Positions 1 through 7,451 of a DNA stretch of 27,413 nucleotides are shown here, one piece after another. Every line of letters begins with the position of its first letter. Positions within the stretch are counted from its first letter, which is position 1. Location of the stretch: IMG/VR virus record IMGVR_UViG_2634166457_000011. One strand, given 5' to 3'. Position numbers and translations under genes: made by a program. This stretch comes from a virus (taxonomy: Duplodnaviria; Heunggongvirae; Uroviricota; Caudoviricetes). Under the pieces are notes generated by a model. It searched no databases and was not told where the DNA came from. It saw nothing but the letters and a program-made list of their open reading frames with translations.

Positions 1-155
1 TCCGGCGACATCCGGAAATACTCCTCCGGCTCACCGGAGATATTCACGCAGGGAAAATATCTTTCCCCCTCCGGTGTTCTCACCACGAAGCCGCACGACT
101 CCGCTGGCGCACATCGCCGGGCGTGCGCCAGAATCGCTGATTCTGTCTCTGTCAT
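1..155 (-). CDS. K: Tail assembly protein K, N-terminal fragment (gene runs off the window start)
   Basis: Minus-strand ATG at 155..153; translation MTETESAILAHARRCAPAESCGFVV... matches my recollection of the lambda gpK N-terminus; sits directly after the L stop as in lambda. Confidence 0.7.
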   Translation of the reverse strand, partial: MTETESAILAHARRCAPAESCGFVVRTPEGERYFPCVNISGEPEEYFRMSP

Positions 156-160
156 GGGAT

Positions 161-859
161 TCACTGCGAAAGTTTGTTAATGGAAAGGTAGCCGCCAAAG
201 TTGCCGACGTTATTGCGAAACTTACAACCACTCAGGCATTTGCTGCATTTATCCTTCGTGATATCGGACGTCGGCTGGTCATATTCATCCGCGACCGCCG
301 GACCGTGATAACCGCACTCATCACCGCGATAGGTCCAGGTGCAGGTATTAGCCAGCATGATGCGCCCCGGAAAAACAGCACCGTCCGTTTCCGTCGGCGT
401 GGACAGTACAAAAGAGGCACTGACCGCGCTCAGTTCGCTGCACTGCTCGATGCGCCAGCGGCTGACCACCTCCTGCTCTGGGTCGGCGTCACTGTTTCCG
501 TTGACGAAGTTCACCGCATCCAGAAAACGGGCGTAAACCTTACGCCTGACCACCGTTCCGCCGACCAGACTCTGCAGGTCTTCCGCCATCCCGGTGACCA
601 TTCCGTGCAGGTTAGAAACCGTCAGTGTCGGACGGGCAGCACTGCCCTTGCCGTTCAGTTCAAATCCCGTCCCCTGAATGGGCTATGCCTGATACTGCCG
701 CCCCTGCCAGGTAACCGGCTCACCTTTTTCGTTCTGCTCATTACAGAAAAAATAACGTTCACCACCGACCTCTGTCAGATCGATTTCCCAGAGCACCACC
801 TGGGCTGACTGAGTGAGGCGTGTCGTCTCATGATGTGTTTCCTGTGGAATATCCTGCAT
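161..859 (-). pseudogene. L: Minor tail protein L (gpL, Fe-S tail tip protein) interrupted by an in-frame amber codon
   Basis: ATG at 859..857; translation MQDIPQETHH...EPVTWQGRQYQA then TAG (plus 683..685 = cta), after which the same frame continues PIQGTGFELNGKG...GMVTGMAED... to the stop at 161. The track ORF 161..601 is the C-terminal 146 aa with the Cys cluster (CSKCLSGCKF). Confidence 0.7.
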
Positions 860-868
860 CAGAGCCTC

Positions 869-1198
869 CTATGCCACGACCTGTTCAAAATCTGCCGTTA
901 TGGTTACCCACAGCGCCCCCACGCTTGCCGACCATTTACGACAAACCACCCTGATCGGTTTCCAGTCATAAGGTGGCGTCCACTGAAATGCACGGACGCC
1001 ACCGTGCCGTTCCAGAAAGGCTTTTAAAGATGGGTGTTCACATTTACGAACACGTATCGTCACGCTGTAAGTCGACAACTGGTTATTCAGTCCCGCCGCA
1101 CGACGCTGTTCATAACCATCGCCCAGCTTCACTGTCACCACTTTCGGCTCTGATACCACATTCATATCCGGGCGCACTTTCCAGTGAAACGTCTCCAT
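869..1198 (-). CDS. M: Minor tail protein M (gpM)
   Basis: 109-aa ORF between H and L with gpM-like sequence (KAFLERHGGVRAFQWTPPYDW); start overlaps the H stop (TAATG). Confidence 0.85.
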   Translation of the reverse strand: METFHWKVRPDMNVVSEPKVVTVKLGDGYEQRRAAGLNNQLSTYSVTIRVRKCEHPSLKAFLERHGGVRAFQWTPPYDWKPIRVVCRKWSASVGALWVTITADFEQVVA

Positions 1199-4100
1199 TA
1201 CCGATATGCTCCACTTAACCGACCACCATCACGGGCCTGCTGTTGCATAAAGTCCGCTGCCGCTTTTTTCCCGAGGTCATAAACCGCCTTCAGGGCAGCC
1301 GGACCTATCTGCCCGTTCGAGCCATCGTTATTGATCTCGATGTTGTACTGCGGGGAAAACATCGCCATACCTGAACCCCCAATATCCGCCACAACCCCCA
1401 GCTTACCGTCAGCACCACGACGCAATGGCAGAATGGCTTCAGGTCCCGCTTCCCCCATCACACCCGCGCCTTTTGCAAAAGCAAAAAACGTCGGACGGTT
1501 AACCACCGTGCCACTGTAACGACTCAAATCAGCAGACTGATAAATCCCCCCATTGGCATTCAGGGAAAGGCTGCTGAGATCAAATCCCAGTACACTGCCA
1601 ATCCCTTTTATCGATTTCATCATGGTTGCCTGCGCCAGGATTTTCGCCATATCTGACAGCACAGAAGAGGTGAAGGATTTGAAATTGAGTTTGCCGGTAG
1701 TGACAAAAGTTGCCAGGCCATTTCCCATGTTGCTGAAGGCTGACGAGAACACCTGTTCTGCTGTTTCTGCCGTATTATCTGCATCCACGGTAAAATCCTG
1801 AAATGCACGCAGGACTCCGTTTTTCCAGTTACCCTGCACAACTTCAAGCTGTTGCCAGTAACGGCGATTCTCATTCAGTTGTCGGTTCAGGCTCTCCGTC
1901 AGCGCCTGCTCGGCCTTTCTGTAGTCATCCGTGTTATATGTCCCTTTCTGCTCACTATCCCGCCTCAACTGCTCCAGCTGTTGCTGGTATTTCTGGCGAA
2001 GACTCAGTTGTACCTGATATCGCTGTCGCTGCTGATCACCCATACCCACCGTGGCGATATCCAGGTCATGTTGCTGACGCTGAGCGCGCTCTTCTTCAGC
2101 CAGTTGACTGGTCAGCTGAATTGTTTTTTTCTTCAGCTCGTTGAGTGCCGTCTGTTTCTGAAGCTCCTGCTGTTTTACATCCAGCAGCGTCAGTGCCTGA
2201 ATCAGTTCATCTTTACGGGCCAGCACACTCTTTTCATCTGCCGTCAGTTTTTTCCCGTCCAGGTCGCTGATGCGCTGCTGCAGAGCCAGAAGCTGTTTAT
2301 GCGCTTCTGTCATCCTTTCCGTGGCAATGCCTGCTGACTGTCTGGCAGCAGCAATCTGTCCTTCCACCTGTGCCTGTTGCTGACTGTACTGCAGCAATAA
2401 CCGGGTGGCCTCATCATTACGGGTTTCGCGTGTTTTTTTCTTACCGGATGCCAGGGCTTTCTCGTAACGTTCATTTTCACGTTGTATCGCCGCATCCCTG
2501 ACAGCCTGATCGGCGTACTGCATGGCATTAATACGCGCAATTTCACGCTGATGTCGTGCAGCTTCCGTTTCATTCATCCGGTTCAGTGCAGCATTTTCAG
2601 CATTACGGCGTTTCTGTTGCTCCTGATAATTCCGCTCTGCCTGCTCTTTTGCATCCTGCAAATCCTTCTGGCGTTTTTTCTCCTGAAGATCGTTAAGACG
2701 CTGCTGATCGTATTCAACCTGAGAAGATGACGCCGTCCAGGGGAGTCTTTTCGCCCGCGACACTTTCTCCTGCAAAGTGGCAATCTGCGCATCCAGCGAA
2801 TCTTCACGACCAATATTCATGGCCGCATCCCAGAACTGCTTCCACCAGTCAGACAAAGTTTGCAGCGTACTGCCCAGCGCATTGAGGTTATTATCAATAT
2901 CCGCAGTACGCCGACCGGTTTCCTCTGCCAGTGCAGACATGGCTATCCGTGCCGCATCACTGGACCGCCCCTGCTCTCCAAGGACGCGTATCTGCTCAAG
3001 CTGAGTGGCAGTAAGAAAATGCAGCTCATTGTCCAGAGACTTCGCGGCATTTACAGGATCATCCTTCAGCCGCTTAAACTGATTTATGGTATCGCTGACC
3101 GACTGGCCAACCGATCGCTCCATCTGTGCGGCAGCTCTCGCCACCATACCGATATCGTTTCCACGAAATGCACCACTCCCCACCACCTGAGCTAGCGCAC
3201 CGGCTGCAGCATGTTGCGTGATACCATTCCCGGAAATAGCACGACTGAGCGTCCACAGCTGCCCGGCAGTGACTCCGGCATAATGCCCCGTCAGCGACAG
3301 CTGGCGGTTAAATTCTTCCCCCTCCTTCTGACCGTCATACCAGGCTTTACCCAGACCATAGACGGCCGCGGTAATACCGCCAATAACCGCTCCTGGCATC
3401 ATGCCTTTCGGTGACATCAGTGTGTCTATCCATCCGGCACGGTTAGCCAGCGTTATCCCGGATCCCCTCAGCGCCCCTAAATTGCCGCGGGCCAGTTCAC
3501 CTATCAGAACGCCTATCTCCTGGCGGGCCGCTGCACTTTTCAGACCCAGCGAATGCGTGGCTTTTCCTGCCCGCTCCATTTTGCGGATATACACTTCTGC
3601 AGCACTGCTTACCCCCAGCTGGGCAGCCCTGGCACGAAGCAACTCAGAAGAAGAAAGATTCTGGCGGGTTGCCTGCTCTTTAAGCTGACGGATAAACGCC
3701 ACTTTCTGTCGGGTAGCCTCTGCCTCAGCCTGCGTAAGAACACGGGTTTTCGCCGTAACCTCAGAAATCAGCGCCAGATAATCCTGCTGACCAATCCCGC
3801 CACTGTTTCTGGCCTGTCGGATCTGCTGCTGAATACGCTGTAATTCCTGCAGCCCCGCACTGGCCTGTTTCACACTGTCAATCTGACGATAAAACGCAGC
3901 AGCCGCTTTATCCTGAGCCTCCGCCAGAGCCATGGCCTGCGCCTGTTCCTCGCGCATTTTCTGGCTCAGTGCCTCCATGCGCTGGCGGGTTTTCTCCACC
4001 TCGCGGGCCATGCGTTCATGAGCCTGTGCGTTCTTCTCCACCGTCTGCGCATGGACGGATGCGGCTGTTGCAGCCGAAGAAGCTGCCTGCGTTGTCTGCC

Positions 4101-4263
4101 GGGCGGCCTGAGTCTGACGCTCCATAAAACGCTGCATACGGGCAGAAGACCGTTCTGCATCGCTGGCTGCACCATTCAGAAGGTTTTTGATACGGGGAAT
4201 TTCATTTTTAAACTCTGCCGCATCAATCCCCAAATCAATGACCAGGTTGGCTATCTGGTCCAT
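1198..4263 (-). CDS. H: Tail tape measure protein (gpH-like)
   Basis: About 1020 aa, coiled-coil-rich; N-terminus MDQIANLVIDLGIDAAEF and C-terminus NNDGSNGQIGPAALKAVYD...RDGG resemble lambda gpH. The track ORF starts at TTG 4293; the ATG at 4263 has a GGAGG Shine-Dalgarno 6 nt upstream. Confidence 0.9.
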   Translation of the reverse strand: MDQIANLVIDLGIDAAEFKNEIPRIKNLLNGAASDAERSSARMQRFMERQTQAARQTTQAASSAATAASVHAQTVEKNAQAHERMAREVEKTRQRMEALSQKMREEQAQAMALAEAQDKAAAAFYRQIDSVKQASAGLQELQRIQQQIRQARNSGGIGQQDYLALISEVTAKTRVLTQAEAEATRQKVAFIRQLKEQATRQNLSSSELLRARAAQLGVSSAAEVYIRKMERAGKATHSLGLKSAAARQEIGVLIGELARGNLGALRGSGITLANRAGWIDTLMSPKGMMPGAVIGGITAAVYGLGKAWYDGQKEGEEFNRQLSLTGHYAGVTAGQLWTLSRAISGNGITQHAAAGALAQVVGSGAFRGNDIGMVARAAAQMERSVGQSVSDTINQFKRLKDDPVNAAKSLDNELHFLTATQLEQIRVLGEQGRSSDAARIAMSALAEETGRRTADIDNNLNALGSTLQTLSDWWKQFWDAAMNIGREDSLDAQIATLQEKVSRAKRLPWTASSSQVEYDQQRLNDLQEKKRQKDLQDAKEQAERNYQEQQKRRNAENAALNRMNETEAARHQREIARINAMQYADQAVRDAAIQRENERYEKALASGKKKTRETRNDEATRLLLQYSQQQAQVEGQIAAARQSAGIATERMTEAHKQLLALQQRISDLDGKKLTADEKSVLARKDELIQALTLLDVKQQELQKQTALNELKKKTIQLTSQLAEEERAQRQQHDLDIATVGMGDQQRQRYQVQLSLRQKYQQQLEQLRRDSEQKGTYNTDDYRKAEQALTESLNRQLNENRRYWQQLEVVQGNWKNGVLRAFQDFTVDADNTAETAEQVFSSAFSNMGNGLATFVTTGKLNFKSFTSSVLSDMAKILAQATMMKSIKGIGSVLGFDLSSLSLNANGGIYQSADLSRYSGTVVNRPTFFAFAKGAGVMGEAGPEAILPLRRGADGKLGVVADIGGSGMAMFSPQYNIEINNDGSNGQIGPAALKAVYDLGKKAAADFMQQQARDGGRLSGAYR

Positions 4264-4597
4264 AACGCACACCTCCGGAAATACCTTCCCCAAGATGCAT
4301 CAGTTCTTCGTCCGTTCGCTCCGGTATCCCGTTCTCTTCCGGTAAAAGGCTGAAATCAGCCACCGCAGCATCACTGCTGCCGGACACCATTCTCACGATC
4401 AATGCCTTCAGCGAGGCAAACTGCGCATCCATCCACACATCACTGAAGCTCTGCATCCGGAAATAATCGCCCCACTCACCAAGCTCAGTGGCCGACATTT
4501 CCGACAGCATCCGCCGCCAGTCTGCCCGCCGGAACTCCCGGGCAAGCCGCATGACAAACTGCATTTCCCGCGTCAGGACTTTTCCGGCGTCAGCGCC
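4235..4597 (-). CDS. T: T-frame segment of the G-T tail assembly chaperone (reached by -1 frameshift from G)
   Basis: The -1 frame relative to G is open from 4597 down to the stop at 4235 and overlaps the last codons of G; the position mirrors lambda G/GT. Confidence 0.6.
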   Translation of the reverse strand, partial: GADAGKVLTREMQFVMRLAREFRRADWRRMLSEMSATELGEWGDYFRMQSFSDVWMDAQFASLKALIVRMVSGSSDAAVADFSLLPEENGIPERTDEELMHLGEGISGGVRYGPDSQPGH

Positions 4598-4959
4598 TCA
4601 TGCTCATCATCCACGGCATTATCAATGGCCCCCATACCGCTCAGCGACAGAACCATCTCCGCCCCCGCACCCAGGGCATCATACGACCATGTTGTAATAA
4701 CGGATGCGCAAAGCGTCTCTACATCCTTAGACTGATCCGCATTCCACAGTGAGCGGGAAACCAGCCAGGCATTGATATCCATCCCCATCCGCAGAAAAGC
4801 AATCTGTCGTTCAGCCTCCGGCAGTTCTCCCTCCACGGCATCAAACTTTGCCGTTCGCTGCTGAACAAACGTCAGATATTCAATTCTCTGCAGCCCGGAC
4901 AGCTCACTGAGCACCACGGACTGTTTTTCATAATTAAACGTGTCCTGTTTCAGAAACAT
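4573..4959 (-). CDS. G: Tail assembly chaperone G
   Basis: Translation MFLKQDTFNYEKQSVVLSELSGLQRIEYL... resembles lambda gpG; GGAG 6 nt upstream of the ATG at 4959. Confidence 0.8.
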   Translation of the reverse strand: MFLKQDTFNYEKQSVVLSELSGLQRIEYLTFVQQRTAKFDAVEGELPEAERQIAFLRMGMDINAWLVSRSLWNADQSKDVETLCASVITTWSYDALGAGAEMVLSLSGMGAIDNAVDDEHEALTPEKS

Positions 4960-4975
4960 CATGTTCTCCACCTGC

Positions 4976-4999
4976 AAAAAAGCCCCGCATAACCGGGGC
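4976..4999 (-). terminator. Stem-loop plus T-tract between major tail gene V and chaperone gene G (attenuator-like)
   Basis: Minus strand reads GCCCCGGTTATGCGGGGC followed by TTTTTT; 6-bp GC stem at 4982..4987 / 4994..4999. Confidence 0.45.
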
Positions 5000-5019
5000 A
5001 AATGATGAGTATCGTCCTG

Positions 5020-5763
5020 TTAACCTGCTGCGCTGACAGTCACCGCAGTCACAGCCACAAAATTCCCGTCAGCGGTCATGCCCACAATGCTGACACTGCC
5101 CTGCTTCACGCCTTTTACCGTGGCCACAAGTCCGTTCAGGGTAACCGTGGCAGTCTGTGGATCTGACGAATGCACACTGATCGCTTTGTCACTGGCTCCG
5201 TCAGGTTTTACTGTAAAGGTCAGCGTGGTGGTTGCTCCCACTTTTACACTGGCAGACGCCGGTGATACTGTCAGCCCGGTAACGCTCACGGTTTCAGTGC
5301 CTTCCTCTGCCAGATACGGACGCCCCACACCGCTGATTTTCACAGTGCGGGTCATCACGTCTTTTGAGGCAATGGTTTTACCCAGTGAGCTCAGCCAGCC
5401 ACGGAAAACATCAACAGTGCCGTTGGGATATTTGATACGAAACGCGCAGACTTCACCGGAGTCGAACAACTGAACCAGTTTTTTCTGCCCGCTGTCACCC
5501 GGACGCCAGGCCAGCGTCGCCGAAGTATCACCAACGGATTTCTGCCCCTGGGTTGTCGTTTTCCAGTCTGCATCTTCATCATCGAGATAAGTGTCATCTT
5601 CTGCATCAGCGGTCATTTCGCCAGGTTGCAGATCCTTCACCATCGCAAGACGCAGCCAGTCAGTGTCCGACAAAGGGTTCGCAAACGCATCGCCGTTGCC
5701 GGTATACATCCAGAACGTCGTCCCCGCACCTTTCGTCTTTGCCAGTGGATTTGGTGTGGTCAT
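5020..5763 (-). CDS. V: Major tail protein V with C-terminal Ig-like domain
   Basis: MTTPNPLAKTKGAGTT...YLDDEDADW...PNGTVDVFRGW...VGRP resembles lambda gpV; C-terminal T/S/V-rich beta segment. The ATG at 5763 is chosen over the upstream track start. Confidence 0.85.
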   Translation of the reverse strand: MTTPNPLAKTKGAGTTFWMYTGNGDAFANPLSDTDWLRLAMVKDLQPGEMTADAEDDTYLDDEDADWKTTTQGQKSVGDTSATLAWRPGDSGQKKLVQLFDSGEVCAFRIKYPNGTVDVFRGWLSSLGKTIASKDVMTRTVKISGVGRPYLAEEGTETVSVTGLTVSPASASVKVGATTTLTFTVKPDGASDKAISVHSSDPQTATVTLNGLVATVKGVKQGSVSIVGMTADGNFVAVTAVTVSAAG

Positions 5764-5773
5764 TACCACCTCC

Positions 5774-6187
5774 TTAATTCGTGTACGTGATCTGGTACGT
5801 GATTTCCGCCATCGCCCAGGTGGCCATCTCATTATCACGTTGATAGTTAAAACCGAGTGGGTTCAGGGTGTCGATGAGTCCGGAAAGTGCCGGTACATCA
5901 TTCAGGGCCGGGAAAATGGTGCTCTCCATCCACATATCCAGCTCTGAATCCGGTGCCTGTGCCCGGATGAAGACGGCAATATGCAGAACAGCCTGCCAGT
6001 CATCTTCATCCGTCATTTTTCCGGTGTACTGAGCATCACTCAGCCACACCGCCACGGCAGGCAGTTCCTGCGCATCAATAAATGCCGGAAGCCCGTCAAA
6101 AAACGTGGCGCTGTCTCCACACTGTTCCCGAAGGCGTGCCAGTACGACCTGGCGGATTTGTGTATGTCGGTTCATCGGGTCAGCCAT
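5774..6187 (-). CDS. U: Tail terminator protein U
   Basis: Motifs ATFFDG, PAVAVWL..YTG, LHIAVF, PDSELDMWMES, ITYQITY match lambda gpU as I recall it. Confidence 0.8.
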   Translation of the reverse strand: MADPMNRHTQIRQVVLARLREQCGDSATFFDGLPAFIDAQELPAVAVWLSDAQYTGKMTDEDDWQAVLHIAVFIRAQAPDSELDMWMESTIFPALNDVPALSGLIDTLNPLGFNYQRDNEMATWAMAEITYQITYTN

Positions 6188-6762
6188 AACCTCAGTTGTT
6201 GTTTCAGTGCATACCCCAGCTGTTTCGGCATTTCCGCAGCAATGATGTGGTCGCGGGCATCTTCAAATGCCTGTGTCAGCGGTCCGGACAGCGGGATTTT
6301 CACTACCTCCACAGGAAGACGATTTTTTCTTGGCCTGCCCTGATGGTCATGCCCTGTTGCAAAACGCGCTTCAGGAAGACGCCTCAGAACATGCCAGCGG
6401 CCATTCGCCAGTTGCTGAACAAATGCCCCCCGGAAAAAGTATTTTCCCACTCTCAGTCCTTCACCAGCACGCCGCCGTGTTGTGTTCAGTTTGATGGCGG
6501 GCAGATTGCCCCGGTTAACGCGGATCCTGGCCGTCATTTTTCCTGACGGACTGGCTTTAAACACCCGGACACGCTGACGTACCAGTTTCAGGGGGATCCC
6601 TTTCACCTGGTTATCTCCCGCAACGGTATTCCCGGCAACCTGCCGGGTGGCAACCGAGACCGCTTTCTGTGCCACACGGTTTATCGCCCATGCGCTGGCC
6701 TGTGGCACCATACGGGTATCAAGGCTGTTCAGATTGCGGATGGCATTCTCAAGCCCCTTCAT
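6172..6762 (-). CDS. Z: Tail completion protein Z
   Basis: Motifs RIRVNRGNLP, GAFVQQLANGRWHV, VVKIPL, QLGYALKQQLR match lambda gpZ as I recall it. Confidence 0.8.
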   Translation of the reverse strand: MKGLENAIRNLNSLDTRMVPQASAWAINRVAQKAVSVATRQVAGNTVAGDNQVKGIPLKLVRQRVRVFKASPSGKMTARIRVNRGNLPAIKLNTTRRRAGEGLRVGKYFFRGAFVQQLANGRWHVLRRLPEARFATGHDHQGRPRKNRLPVEVVKIPLSGPLTQAFEDARDHIIAAEMPKQLGYALKQQLRLWLTR

Positions 6763-6773
6763 CCCACACCTCT

Positions 6774-7049
6774 TTACTCAATAAAGATCATTGGCTTACC
6801 GTTAAAGCGTTCATGCCGTGTGACCGTCCATTGTTGTCCGTCATAAACAACGCGATCCCCGCGCCGTGGGCGGTATCCCGAAGAAAACACCACCAGAGAG
6901 ACCGCAGGTCCGGACAGAGCATTCAGCTCTGCCAGTGTTTCTCCCGGGATCACAGTCATATCGACATCATTAATCGAGGCTGTCTTTCCCATCTTTCTGA
7001 CCGTGATCGCATCCATACGCGCTGCCAGCCGGGAAAAGGGATCAGACAT
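6774..7049 (-). CDS. Head-tail joining protein (FII-like, small beta protein)
   Basis: 91-aa ORF between the head-decoration-like gene and Z, at the lambda FII position; weak recalled similarity. Confidence 0.5.
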   Translation of the reverse strand: MSDPFSRLAARMDAITVRKMGKTASINDVDMTVIPGETLAELNALSGPAVSLVVFSSGYRPRRGDRVVYDGQQWTVTRHERFNGKPMIFIE

Positions 7050-7365
7050 TGAGTTTTACCGGCACTTCTTCTGCACTGGTTCCGGCATCTGCCCAGACAA
7101 CCCCGACCAGCGGATCAGAGCCGCTGTTAGTCAGCTGAACTTTTCCGGACTTCAGATAAACCTTCTTACCCGTTTTCATGTCATCCGTTTTCAGCTTAGG
7201 CAGCATAAACACACCTTCGGTCATGCCGTCGCCTGTTTCACCCTGTGGAATATCGGTCAGCGCCACCGCAAAAACATCACCCACCTGCACCAGCTCTCCG
7301 CTGCTGATGGCTGCACTGGCAACAATCGCCACCGTTTTTCCTTCTTCTACAAAATTCTTTGCCAT
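7042..7365 (-). CDS. DUF2190-like small head protein (decoration or head-closure candidate)
   Basis: ORF downstream of the capsid gene; start ATG at 7365 with GGAG 7 nt upstream; Gly/Val-rich beta-type sequence. Confidence 0.5.
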   Translation of the reverse strand: MAKNFVEEGKTVAIVASAAISSGELVQVGDVFAVALTDIPQGETGDGMTEGVFMLPKLKTDDMKTGKKVYLKSGKVQLTNSGSDPLVGVVWADAGTSAEEVPVKLNV

Positions 7366-7378
7366 AACTGTCTCCGCA

Positions 7379-7428
7379 CAGCCCCGTTCAGGGGCTGATT
7401 TCAGGTACAAAAAAAGCCCTTACGGGCC
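7379..7428 (-). terminator. Two stem-loops immediately after the protease-capsid gene, the first followed by a T7 tract
   Basis: Minus strand reads GGCCCGTAAGGGC then TTTTTTT (plus 7407..7428), followed by a 7-bp stem CAGCCCC-TGAAC-GGGGCTG (plus 7379..7397). Confidence 0.45.
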
Positions 7429-7451
7429 ATCAGAGTTGTTGTCTGCGACGT

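Noticed and set aside
74-808. 244-aa plus-strand ORF overlapping tail genes K and L
   Set aside because: Antisense shadow of well-supported minus-strand genes in GC-rich coding sequence; no independent signal.
1852-2337. Plus-strand ORFs inside the tape measure gene (for example 161 aa at 1852..2337)
   Set aside because: Lie entirely antisense to the gpH-like ORF; repetitive Leu/Gln-rich translation typical of the reverse strand of a coiled-coil gene.
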